Positions 13,004 to 25,466 of a stretch of DNA of 64,000 nt are shown one piece after another. A program made the translations under genes and the position numbers. Source of the stretch: Camelus ferus. Taxonomy: Eukaryota. The first letter of the stretch is position 1. Every line of letters begins with the position of its first letter. Location of the stretch: NCBI RefSeq assembly GCF_009834535.1, contig NC_045696.1:26662001-26726000 (forward strand). Direction: 5' to 3'. The notes under the pieces are model-generated. The model had not been told where the DNA came from and did not search any database. It saw only the letters and a list, made by a program, of their open reading frames with translations.

Positions 13004-14894
13004 CAATTCCCTAACCCTAGTAAACAAATTATTCCTATGGCATCAATATGAATTATATTATTCTAAGTAGAACAAGCCACTCAGGAAGCACAGTTTTACT
13101 CAACACTATTGCTTCCTGGATGAACTGTAAAAATGTCATTGCAACCTTTTCCAGATTATCTCAAGTTTATAAAATAATAAGAAAAAATGGTTTTTAAATA
13201 GATGTTACAAATTATTTTTCCTTGATGTTTCTTGATATTTACTGCCTAAATGTCCTGTTGAGAATTAAAAATTGAAAATACCATTCTGTGAGGGTTACGT
13301 TACATTAAATAAAAATTTTTAACATAGATTTTCCTTATAAAATCATGATTTTCATAATAAAAGAGATGACACTACAAACACATGCTTCCCCTTCTGAAGA
13401 AAATAAATACATTCAAGCTTCCTAGGATTGTTTCTCTGTTCAAGAAAGAGAGTTAAATGCTAGTTGATTTAGAGTATTTGCCAAGGGTTTTTTTGAAACT
13501 CTATGATTTACGTTAAAGAAATTTGCCCAGCAGAATATGGTTTAACAGAGGCTAAATTAGAGAAAATTCAATTCACAAATCGAGTTTTCTTTCAGTCAAG
13601 CTCTTAGATCTTGCTAACAAGCATCCAAGTCCTGACAGTTCAAAATGAGGGCTTTTCTTATCAACAGTACTGCTCTTCCGTGCCTTGTGATGAATTTTTT
13701 AAAAAGGAGGTGAAGACAGTGCTCTATCATCAAACTCTGTTATTCTATATAAAAACTTAGTCAAACACATCTTCTTCTCTCCTTTGAGAAAAACATTTTT
13801 GCTGAGCCATTTCAAACTGTATATTAGTTTTGTTTATAGACATACTTTTAATTACATCATATTAATGATAGTCAATCACAGCTCTACAAACTATATAAAG
13901 GTATTCAATAAAGACCTGATATGGTTTTGTGAATTAAGTTTCTGTGATAAGGTTACAAATGGAAATACTGCTCCACAGCATGCTGATTCTGTGTAATAGG
14001 CCATCCCGCTACCAAAACCACACAGCAATTAACACCAAGCTTTGCCACGTTCCCTGAATTTCTGCTATTAAAATGTTTTAATTTAACCATTTATTGACAA
14101 CACATATTCTAATTCTGAGGTGGATCAAATTAGGATTCTATCCCTAAATAATAAGCAGACTGGTTATGAAATCAGATCTGTTTCAGTCATTATATAAGAA
14201 TTAAATGGTAGAGATTATGATTCTGCTAGTAAAAATTCTTTAATTGCTTTTTTTCCCTACTATGGAATAGAATGCGGTTATGTATTTGAATGAGGAACAG
14301 GTGAACCAAAATCAAAGACAGAAAATTCTTCTTCTTACAATGAAAGTGAAACGGAGCAAGGGGTTTTGTTCTGAGCATTTTCTTACTTTTCAATTTTATA
14401 TATACAGCCTACTTTTGTACAGCCAGGAGTGAGGATCTTCTTGTATCTGGCTCATGCTTTAATCTTCTGTGCTCTAATATTTCATGTCAAGAGTGAAACA
14501 TTTTAAAGGAAAGTGGGTGCTGCCAAAAAAGTTTCTGACTGCCCATTCAGGATAATAGTTATTATGAGATATATTAGGAGGAAAAAAATCTTTAGCTTTA
14601 ATATGAACATGCATGCCAATACTTAAATGTTCATACATCAAATTAAGCTTCTCATTTCTTTGAGAAATGGCCTAGAGCACATATAAAGTTAAATTACAGA
14701 ACAGAGCTCTAAAGAAATGTGTGCATTAACGATTATCATTTGTCATGGATCTACCTAATAGGAAATATACAATATAGTCTTAATTGTAATGAATTTTTTA
14801 AAAAACCTGTGTAGCTAACTATATCATTATAATTAAGCAAGAATGTTTGAATTTAGACATCTTAAGTATATGTAAATTTCTTTAAGACAAATGT

Positions 14895-15590
14895 AGGATG
14901 TCCAGTTTCTGGTTCAGCACATAAGTTGCTTAGAAGCTGCTATTCCACGCTAACAGGAAGTAAAAAACTTAAAAAACTGAAAAAACTGTAAAATCAGTAA
15001 GTCTTTTTGGTTCCTTAAAAAAAGTGATGTCAAAAATTAAAGAGACAGGCAGATACAAAGAATCAGAACTTACCAGAGTAAACACTCACGAGCAGAAGAC
15101 TTTGTAGGAACTGGTACCTCACTAGGAAAACCTGAACTGTGACTGCTGAATGCTGAAGGCTCGGTCTAGGAGGTTTCTGGGAGGAAACTCCAGAAAGACC
15201 CAGTCACAGGGGGGGATCCCATGATTTGGGGAGCTTTACTTCCAGAATCTCTACCATGTCCTTAGAATAAATGCTGGAGAAAAGTCTTCTCATGCTTCCA
15301 GTCGGGGTAAGGGGGAATTAGCCATTTTGACATATATTTTGACATAGAGGAAAGGAATTGAAACAATATTTGAAGCAATAATGACTGAGAATTTCCCCTA
15401 AATTAATATCAGATACCAAACCACACATCCAGGAAATTCAGAGAACATGAAGCAAGATAAATATCCACCCCCTCAAAAAAATATTAGTAGGTATATCATA
15501 TTCAAACTGCAGAAGATCAACGAAAAATCTTGAAAGAAGCCAGAGGGGAAAAAACCCTTTTCTATAGATGAGCAAAGAATTACATTAGAC
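14895..15590 (+). mobile_element. L1 5'UTR/ORF1 fragment
   Basis: atatttgaagcaataatgactgagaatttccctaaa (IFEAIMTENFP) and atcttgaaagaagccagagg (ILKEARG) are L1 ORF1p motifs; preceded by old-L1 5'UTR-like sequence. Confidence 0.8.
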
Positions 15591-15595
15591 TTACA

Positions 15596-15969
15596 GGGAG
15601 CTGGCTCACTCACTGAGGCTGAGAAGTCCCATGATCTGCAGTCAGCAAGCTAGAGACTCAGGAGAGCCACTGGTGCAGTTTTGATTCACTTCTGAATTTG
15701 TTCCAAGGCAGGAGAACAGAATCCCAGCTGGAAGACAGTAAGGCAGAGAGAAAGCAAATTCTGCATTACTCAGGCTTTTTGTTCTATTTATGCCTCTAGT
15801 GTTTGTATGAGAGCCACCTAACTGGGTAGAGCAATCTGCTTTCCTCCGTCTACCAAGTCAAATGTTAATCTCTTCTAGAAACATCTCAATAGATACACTC
15901 AGAATAATGTAACCAAATTTCAAGGCATCCTGTGGCCTAGTCAAGTTATACATAAAATTGGCCATTACA
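15596..15969 (-). mobile_element. MLT2 LTR (3' LTR of ERV-L provirus; distal end missing)
   Basis: Minus strand starts tgtaatggccaattttat and is preceded by polypurine tract caaaagggggaac (from 15970); MLT2 motif gaggctgagaagtcccatgatctgc. Confidence 0.9.
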
Positions 15970-16380
15970 GTTCCCCCTTTTGTCAACTTGGCATCCATAT
16001 GCATCTCCTTAAACCATATTTAATCTCCAAATGAAAGTAACAGCAGGGTCATAATTTCACCTAAAATGATACAGCTATTATGCATACAACTGAAAACACA
16101 CTAACCCCTTTCCCAGAAGAGAAAGTAAAGTCCTTGCATGATGTTTACCCTTTTCCATGATATTATGTAATTAAAATACTATGATGTAAAATTAAAAATA
16201 CTATGATTTAAAGTCAATGAAACTTATGTTACATGATAAGGGAATCAGAGAGAGAAGAAAACAAAGATACTTTCTTACTGTATATGTACATTTAAGTATA
16301 TAGATACATATTTTATATATATTCATATACATACACATACATATTTATAACAAAATAAAGAGAAAATATTTATTGAAGTT

Positions 16381-19300
16381 ACAGTCCTTATTTCTGTAAC
16401 TGGTTACATGGTTGTAGCTGGTATTTATAACTACCTTCTTCCACTGCCCAGTGTATTCCCTTTGCATGCAGCAAGCAACTCGGCTGGTCCTGGTTCTTTA
16501 TCTGGTGGATTGATCTAAACTTTCATTCTCGAAGAGCCTGGACAATTAGTAGTCCTGCTTGGACAGGGTTATTTAGTTTTCCTTTGACCTTAATCACAGG
16601 GCGTGGTAACACTAAGAGACACCCTAAGGGATATCTTATTTTCCCCTGCTTCACTGGAGAGTAGCAGTCCAATTTCCACTTGGTAGTCAGGATCGATCAC
16701 TACAGCCAGCACAGTAACTACCTTCTTTGCCTAATTATTCAGTGGCATGCAGAGTCCAGAGTGGCCAGCTGGCAGTCTTCATTTCCAGTTCAATGGCATC
16801 ATTGTGTGTCTCCTTAGGGAAGTATTTCTCTCCGGGGAATTAAGACCTCTGGGTCAGCAGAGCATAAGATTGTAGAACCTGGAAGCAAAAATTTTGCTAG
16901 GGGGTCATTAGGGGTAAAAGTGAGTGATGTCACTCTCATTTCCACTCCTTGATTCCTGGACCAGTGAACCTTGGCTACAGGACAGACAGGATCATATATC
17001 GGATGCTGATTCAGAACACATACAGCCTTCTGCAGAACCTTGCTCATGGCTTGCAGGGTATTACCACTTAACTGGTGCTGTAACTGAGTCTTTTCTTAAT
17101 GCATTTTTTTCATTGAAGTGTAGTCAGTTTACAGTGTTGTGTTAATTTCTGGTGCACAGCATGATGCTTCAGTCATACATGAACACATATATTTGTTTTC
17201 ATACTCTTTTTCACCATAAGTTACTACAAGATATTGAATATAGTTCCCTGTGCTATACAGTATGAACTTGTTGTTCATGTATTTTATATATAGTAGTTAG
17301 TATTTGCAAATTTCAAACTCCCAATTTATCCCTTCCTACTCCCTTTTCCCCCAGTAACCATAAGTTTGTTTTCTATGTCTGTGAGTCTGTTTCTGATTTG
17401 TAAATAAGTTTGCCTTTTTTTTTTTTCAGATTCCACATATAAATGATATCATATGGTATTTTTCTCCATAAGACTATTCTAACACTCTGAAAAAGCCAGC
17501 TTCTTCAGGATGGTGGGGAACATAGTAAGACCAAGAAATTCCATGAGCATCAGCCCTTTGCCACATTTCTATTGCTGTAAAATAAGTTTCTTGATCAGAA
17601 GCAATGTTGTGTGGAATACCATGACAGTGAATAAGCATTCTGTATACCCATATTTGGTAGATTTTGGGAGAAACATTGAGTACAGAGGAGGAAAATCCAT
17701 ATTCAGATTTTCAGGAGGAAAATCATATTCAGAGTATATTCCTATAAGAACAAAAATCTGCCCCTTCCATGATGGAAGGGGTCCAGTGTAATCAATCTAC
17801 CACCAGGTAGCCTGTTGATCACCTTGGGAATGGTGTCATATTGGGGACTGTGTGTTGGTCTCTACTGCTAGCCAACTGGATATTCAACAGTGGCTATAAA
17901 ACCAGGTCAGCTTTGGTGAGTTACTTGTCCATGTTACTGAACCCATATGCCATTTTTATCCCTGCCACCATGGCCACTTTGCTCATGAGTCACCTGGGCA
18001 GTGAAAGGGGGACTAGAAAGAGATGCTGACTAGTACCCACAAAATGGGTTATTCTATCCACTTGATTATTAAAGTCTTTCTATGCTGAGATCACCCTTTG
18101 CTAGAACATTTATATGTATGCAACTATTTTTACACTTTTTCCCACACAGAGATGTCTATCAACATACCTCTTTCCCAAATTTCCTCATCACCAGTTTTCC
18201 ACTTGTGTTCCTTCCAAGTCCCTGACCATCCAGCCAAACCATTGGCCACGGTCCATCAATTGGTACATAATTGCACATCTGGTTAATTCTCTTTCCAAGC
18301 AAAGTGAGCAACCCAGGTGCATTGCTTGAAGTTCTGCCAATTGGAAGAATTTCCCTTCACCATGGTCCTTCAGGGGACCAGACAGAGGCTGTAGCATACA
18401 GCTGTCCTCTTTTAGGTGGTACCAGCATTTGGTGTAGAACCATCTGTAAACCAGGCCTGAGCCTTCTCTTTCTCTGTCATTTAATTATAGGGAATTCTCC
18501 ACAAGGCCAAAAGTGCAAGCTGGGAGAGAGAAAGCAATGTAGCAGGAGTTACAACCCTGGGCATTTGGGCCACTTCTTCATGTAACTAACTTGTGCCTTT
18601 AGGGCCTGTTCAGCCCAATCAAGATCCACTTCCACTTTTTGATGGAGGGTAGCTGTGCACACTCGACTTTATCTAGCTTGGTGGATCAGATCACACTTGG
18701 TTCTGCTGGGCATCTCAGGTCACATGGTAACTTGGTGGCTCATGGTTAAATGTTCATTCTCTTCTACGGCTCAGTAGTAGGCCAAGAGCTGTTACTCAAA
18801 GGGAGTAGTTAACCATAGTGATGGCCAGGTTTTGCTTTAAAATCCGAAGGGCCTGCACTGTGATCCATATATAGGGGCTTCCCAAAGGCTCCAAACAGCA
18901 TCCTTATCTGACACTGACACTGCAGGCACCACTGATCTGCTGGATCCCGGGGACCAGGGAGCAGACCTGTTCACAGAGCAGCCTGAGCCTGTTGTAGACC
19001 CTTCTTTTACTCTAGGCCCCACTTAAAATGAGCAGCTTTTTGGGTCACTTGGTAAACTAGTTGGGGTAAAACACCCAAAGGAGTATGTTTCCTCCAACAT
19101 CCAAAGAGGCTCACTAGGCACTGTGGTTCTTTTTTGGTTGTAGAAAGGGCTAAATGCAACAGCTTATCCTTTATTAACAAAGATCCTTCACACCGGTGAA
19201 CCCCTAGAAAGTTTACTGAGACAGAAAGCCCCTGAGTTTATGTGGGATTCATTTCCCCAACTCTGACGTGCAAATTTCTTACCAGTAAGTCTAGAATAGC

Positions 19301-19531
19301 TAATACTTCATCTCCTGAGGTGTCATAAGCAAGCCATCAATGCAGTAAGCCGGTGTGATATCTTGCAGAAGGAAAAGGCAGTCAAGATGCCCGTGAACTA
19401 AATTAAGATGTTGGGCTGGGGAGCTGATATATCCCTGAGGTAGGATAACAAAGGTGAATTGCTAGAATTTGCTGGAAGCAAACTGCCTCTGGTGAGCCTT
19501 ATTGACAGGGATAAAGAAAAATGCATTTGTT
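16381..19531 (-). pseudogene. pol: Decayed ERV-L pol (RT, RNase H, integrase, dUTPase)
   Basis: Minus-strand translations: NAFFFIPVNK (DLANAFFSIP-like RT motif, ~19500-19530); QDITPAYCIDG (degenerate YIDD, ~19335-19370); LQPLSGPLKDHGEGKFFQLAELQA (RNase H); KVLQKAVCVLNQHPIY...TPNDPLAKFLLP (integrase/dUTPase junction); C-terminal EGSYKYQLQPCNQLQK. Many stops and frameshifts. Confidence 0.92.
17100..17466 (-). mobile_element. Younger L1 3'UTR inserted into ERV-L integrase
   Basis: ttttcattgaagtgtagtcagtttacagtgttgtgttaatttctggtg tail; ERV-L sequence resumes on both sides. Confidence 0.9.
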
Positions 19532-19744
19532 GGGGCCTGCTACCTGGGAGCACATCACTGGATGAAATTATGTTTATAAAAACACTTAGAACTTAGTCCT
19601 GAAGGTGAAGAAAAGGAGTATAGCTGAGAAGTTCTCATCTTTTGAGAAAATAAGTGTAAATCTACCAAAGAAAGAGTAGATTTGTCCCCTCCCTAGACAC
19701 TCCCTCCCTTGATGATGAGAGAACATCATTCAAGAACATCAATT

Positions 19745-19990
19745 TCAATTAAACTATTAATGAGCAGCTACTACATCTTAGATCATGCTTGAAGCCCTGT
19801 GGAGAGTACATTTGTGAGGGGGAGGGGCCAGCAAGAAAAAGACTAATTGGCAGGCAATCAACCTACCAATTAGTGATATGTGCCAAGAGTATGATACAGA
19901 AGAGGTGATGTGAACGGGAGAAGAATTTACAGTGGACATTCTTGATCAAGTAATGGAGGCAGAAGTCAGATTGCTATGGATTGAGAATTT
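19745..19990 (-). mobile_element. L2 3' fragments
   Basis: aaactattaatgagcagctactac... and ggaggcagaagtcagattgctatggattgaga. Confidence 0.55.
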
Positions 19991-20562
19991 AATATTTTCC
20001 AAATAACTAAACCACAAGAGCAACTTGAGGTTGAAAGACATTCCTCTGTGGCACATCGATGCTCATACAGTTAGAAGTTGGCAGAGATCTCATGATTCCA
20101 GTCCAGAAATCTTTCCATTGCATTATCTGCCTTGGCTTCTGCCTATACAAGGAAAATATTCTCTTTGAAGGAGAAAACAAAAAGTGAATTATGGAATGGT
20201 TTATGACCAAATGCTTCTGTGACCAGAGGCTATATGGAAGAATGCTATTTGATACAGTGTTTTCCCTCTCAGCCAGGGGTTTTTAGCTAATCGGATGTTG
20301 GTCTACTTGATCACTGTTAGACATCCCCTGAATTCATGTTTATTTCTTGACCAGGTCATATGCAGGTTATCACTTACTATCACCCAAGTCAATAGTTTCC
20401 CTCTTGTCTCTGTTAACCAAACCCTTAGGTACCCTGCCATTGCCTCTTACATAAAAATAAATATGTAAAGTACCCATATGTTTTGTTTTACTTTGTTATT
20501 CTTATTTACCTCATTAAAGCATCTTCTCATTCTTTCAATTAACAAATATTGTTAATGGCCTA

Positions 20563-20903
20563 TGTGATAATTGTTATGAGTTTTCAAAAATATTCTGATA
20601 TTATTCTCCCGCTAGGTATGGTGGAATTGCACTGCTCTGACCATTTTGAAGTTAGGTGAGGCTATATGATTTGCTTTTGCTAATGAAATGTGAGCAAAAG
20701 TGATCCATCTCATTTCCAGAAAGATACTTGAAGAGCCAGGCAGCAAGTCCCCTCCAAGTTTCTCCTTCCTGCCACAAGGATCACAGAAGCAGGTGCAAAG
20801 ATAGAGCCTAATTCTTTCTAGGTCAAGTGAGACCTGGGTTGGATTTGTGGTCTGACTAAATGGTAAACTTGAGAGTCTGGAGCTATTTATTATTAAAAAT
20901 ACA
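20563..20903 (+). mobile_element. MLT1 (MLT1J-like MaLR) 5' LTR
   Basis: ttttgaagttaggtgaggctatatgatttgcttttgctaatgaaatgtgagc; ends aaaataca. Confidence 0.75.
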
Positions 20904-22120
20904 GAATTTTGTACTTTGAGGTGCAGTGCTAATGTAACAAAAACCTAAAATGTATGGCATTGTTCATAATGCTCAATTGGTGAGAAAAAAGATACGTGTG
21001 TGAGTGTGTATATATATATGAAGGTAGAAAACGGAAGATCAGTGTTTTGAAATAATAAAAGATTTGATAAAGCTGTCTTCAACTATAACCTAGAAAGATC
21101 AGGAGACCAACCTATTTCAGAAGCTTGTAGTTCTAGAATAAGTCTGAAAATAGAATACCTGCATTTCACAATAGATTCAAAGAAAGAGAAGCATGGAAAA
21201 GATTTGATCAGCTTGAGAAGGAATTAAAGAAACATAAAGAGTCCATGAAGTCAGGACCTTTCAGGATTGAAGGAGGCAACGGCTTCTCAAGTGAACAAAA
21301 ACGAGAATATTGACCAAAAAAGGCCTGTTAGAATTCAGCATTGCACATGAATTAAATCAAGGGAAAGGCCAATATACTTAGTTACTGGTAAATCTTCTGT
21401 TTTGGTTATGATATCCCAGAAAAAGATTGCAGGATGAGATATTGAGCAAATACTTTCAATTAGAAAAGAAAAAAAATGCTCTAAGAACATTGACAAAGTA
21501 CTTGGTTTTTCCCTCTGAAAAACGCCAGGTTCGAGGTACCCATTAGTAAGTCTAGGGAGAGATGACAGGGTTAAGAAAGCAAAGAGACATCACAAATTAA
21601 GATTAACATCTAGAAAAGAATGCTGCTGAGAGAAGAACTGTTAGCATGGATTTTGACACATGGAGGTCACCGGAATCAACTAGATAAGAATATTGGAAAG
21701 ATTGTGGAGAGTTGTCATGCCAAAAGAACCAGCCTGGACAAAAAGAGACTGATTATTTACACATTAAAGTGGACTGTGGGGCCCCATCCAATGACCAGCA
21801 AGCAGTGGGCTGAGAAACAGCTCAGGACCCAGGATGGGCACATTCCTCAATGCCTATTTCGGTTACAGCCAGGAAGATGGTGGAAAAGGCAGTGTCCTAG
21901 TAGGTAAGGCAAAGAGCTGTGGAGAAGCCCAGACAAAGGGAGCATGACTAGGAGTGGACTTGGGGTGACTCAAGATATTCTCCATCCAGAGGATGGGGCC
22001 CGTCACATCTCACCCTCGGGACGTCAAAATTGCTGCTGTCATTGCCTGCAGTATGTCTCCCTTTCCTGCCCTTCCTGAATGGGGATGTTTACTTTGGTTA
22101 ATTCTTCTTTTGTTATATGT
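20904..22120 (+). mobile_element. MaLR internal sequence (MLT1-int)
   Basis: Directly follows the LTR with gaattttgtactttgaggtgcagtgctaatgtaacaaaaacctaaaatgtatggcattg, typical of MaLR-int starts; ends near ccttcctgaatggggatgtttac. Confidence 0.7.
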
Positions 22121-22329
22121 TTCAATCAAGTGCAATCTTTATTAGGCTATTAAATCTGTCTGCCTACTGCATGTCTTTACCTAAACACTTAATACCAGGG
22201 TGGGAGTGGGGGTGGGGAACGAATCTGCTGACTGATCTAACCTTGAATTCAAAGTTACAAGTTTCAATAGAATTGAATCAACGATGCTTGAACATACTCT
22301 CTTCCTTAGCATGCTCAATTTTGCACTCT

Positions 22330-23630
22330 GTGCAAATCATTATTTTTTCTCTTGCTCCCCTCAAACACTCCATCCCCCTCCAGCTCCTCACTGTCAGCTG
22401 GTGAGGAAAAAAAACACACAAACAGGAGGAAACTCCTCTATCCTCCCATCACAAAATCCAGCTGAACAGCATTTTTCTCCCTCTCTCTTATTACTGTTAT
22501 TACTGGTGAATTTTCCTTCCTCCCATCAAAGGCCAGGACCCCACTGTGCACACCCTCCCCCTCTCTCTTACATCAGAAATTTATCTCCTTCTCCTGAACC
22601 ACTCATATAAGACTTGAAAGATCCAAAATCATCCTTATTTATGATCTAGTATTTCCCTGCCACACATTGTTTTCAATGACTATTAATAGTGAACGTGTTG
22701 GAGAGTGGTCTATAATTCCTCTACTTGCTTATTGTACACACTTGCCTTAACCCAGTCCATTCAGGCCTCCTTTTCTCCACTCTGCAGAGATGGCTCCTGT
22801 CAAGGTGACCAATAAGCAACCCAAATTCTGTGGTCACTATTTTGCTTTTTCTTAGCTGAAATCTCAACCTCACTCAACCCAGCTTACCACTACTCCTTTC
22901 TTGTAACTTTTCTTCTCCTGGCCTCTGTGGCATCCGGCCTCCGAGGCGTCCCCCTGCCTCCATGGCACCCCTTCTAAGTCTCCTCTTGCTCAATTCTGCT
23001 GCTCTGCTTGGTCACTAACGGCTGGGGACCCTCTGGCTTCAGTCTTGGGCCTCCTTCTTGCCTATTTCCCTATCCCCTCGATGCTCTCACCCAATCCCAT
23101 AGCTTTAAATAACACTGATGCACCGACAGCTCCCAGATCTGTACCTCTAACCCAGACACTTCCCGCCATCTCCAGACTGACACATTCTACTAACGACTTG
23201 ATTTTTCCACATGCGTATCTAACAAGTATTTGAAACTTCAGGTTAATAAACCAATTCCTCTGAGAGATCTTTTCTGAAGATCCTAACATAGCCCTAACGT
23301 GGTAATCTCCATCACATAAAAGTGTTATTTTAAAATTTCTTTTTTTTTTTATAATTTTTTTTGGGGGGTGATTAGGTTTATTTATTTATTCATTTTTTTG
23401 ATGGAGGTATTGGAGGTTGAACCCATGACTCATGCATACTGAGCAGGCACTCTACCACTGAGCTATACCCTTCCCCGTAAACATGTTATTTTTGATTTTT
23501 TTTTCACTAAAATGATCTCTTTCATTTATTTCCTCATGTTTGATCTAACTCTACACTTGAATGTAAGTTCCAAAAGGTCAAAGACTTCAACCTTTTTCAC
23601 CAAATTTCTTTAGTGTCTATGTAGTTTGGA
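22330..23630 (+). mobile_element. L2 LINE (ORF2 remnant to 3' region), interrupted by a SINE
   Basis: Pyrimidine-rich; gctcctgtcaaggtgaccaataa, cccatagctttaaataacactgatgc, gaatgtaagttccaa. Confidence 0.8.
23332..23476 (-). mobile_element. Full-length camelid-type tRNA-derived SINE (Vic-1-like)
   Basis: Reverse complement reads ggggaagggtatagctcagtggtagagtg (A box) ... gggttcaacctcc (B box) ... aaataaataaacctaatcaccccc + A tail; TSD taaaagtgttatttt (23317-23331) / taaacatgttatttt (23478-23492). Confidence 0.9.
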
Positions 23631-24964
23631 TTTTATTTTAGGTGCATATTTTTAATATTTACCTCGTTTTCAGACATTCAATAATCTGATCTGTCTCAGC
23701 CCTTAGATTTCTCACAATTACCAGCCTTTATCTGTGTCACTGACTCTTTCCTAAACGTCCACGTTGCCCTTGGTCTTCTCAATCTACTTTTGCTAACTGC
23801 TCATCCCTGCTATGAAAGCACTTTTCGCTAAGTATCAACTAAAACCATCGTGTGGGTTGTTCCTATCATTTAAAACTTGTGAGAATGATCTGATTTCCAG
23901 TCATTTTCAAGTGTTACCTTTATTTTCACTTATGCAGCAAATGAAAGAGAGAACCAAGAAGGAAAATGTAGGAATTACTTTACAAAAAAAGCAAACTAGA
24001 AAGAAGTTCAGAAAAAATAATTTAAAAAACCTTGAAAAAAATACTTTTATGAGTTTGTTTTAAATTCAGATATTGTGTTTTATTTATAGCACTTTTTGGT
24101 CAGTGTTTCTGAATCACTAAATCATTATTCTTTTACTTCCATAAAGTCAAGAATTAAAAAATATATTTTCAATTCTGTTTTCATGATTAAAATATACAAG
24201 TATATGAAAATGTAAAAGCACAAAAGCACATGGAGAAATTACTTAAACATGACCACTTAAAAACTAACATATCCACAAGAAAATGGCATGTACATCATGT
24301 ATCTTTAATTTCCAAACATACAGATATTTAGCCAGGCCTGTGTTTACATCAGGAAAATATTCCTAATAGCATAGTTAATCTTACTTTTTTAGTCTTATTT
24401 TTTTCCCATCTGCACAATAAACAAGGTAATATAGTGGGACTAGATGTAGTTCCACTGTAAATATATCCTCATCTAAAAGTAGCTTTAGGATCCATGTTTT
24501 GAATTAAACTGGTAGCCCTGTTTTGATGTCTGAAGCAAACTACTTCCACATTAGCCTTGTGAGCAATACAAAGACTCCAGCACAACTGTTAAGTTAGCCT
24601 CAGGAATGCTTATTTGAAAAAAAATATTTTCATTAAATGCTCTATTTTTGCCAACAAAGGTGCACCAGCTTATTTCCTTATGGAACATCTGTCCTTTTCA
24701 AATTTCTTTTGGTTCCTTGACCAAATCAAGGACATCCTGGCCCAGAGCAGCAGCTCACAGCTGTGTTTACAGGAGTTGTTGACAAGAGAAAATGTATCCC
24801 ATGCACCAGGACTGAGAGCTGCTATACAGAGAGAGCAGGACATGTGATGAATGTCAGCACTAAGAAATTTTACTTAAGCATTTGTTACTTCAGGTTTTTT
24901 TTTTTTCTTAAGAGATTAGAAAAGAGGTAGCCTTACCATATCAAAGCTAATTATTTAGAAAGTA

Positions 24965-25423
24965 CTTTTCAAATTGAAGTATAGTCCATTTACAATGTTG
25001 TGTTAATTTCTGGTGTATAGCATAGTGATTCAATTATATATAAAATGTATATTCCTTTTCATACTCATTTTCATTATAGGCCATTACAAGGTATTGAATA
25101 CAGTTCCCTGTGCTACACAGTAGGACTTGTTGTTTATGTGTTTTATATAGAGTACTTAGTAACTGCAAATCCCAAACTCCCAATTTATCCCTCCCCTGCT
25201 TTCACCTCTGGTAACGATAAGTTTATTTTCTATGTGAGACTGTCTCTGTTTCATAACTAAGTTTATTTGTGTCCTTTTTTCTTTAGATTTCACATATAAG
25301 TGATATACTATATTTCTCTCTCTTTCTGGCTTACTTCACTTAGTATGATGATCTCCAGGTCCATCCATATTGTTGCAAATGGCATTATTTTATTCTTTTT
25401 TATGACTGAGTAGTATTCCATTG

Positions 25424-25425
<2 letters not shown>
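24965..25425 (-). mobile_element. L1 3' end
   Basis: attgaagtatagtccatttacaatgttgtg; translation [34 protein letters not shown] is the L1 ORF2 C-terminus. Confidence 0.92.

Positions 25426-25462
<37 letters not shown>
25424..25462. repeat. (TA)n(TG)n microsatellite
   Basis: tatatatatatgtgtgtgtg... Confidence 0.92.
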
Positions 25463-25466
<4 letters not shown>

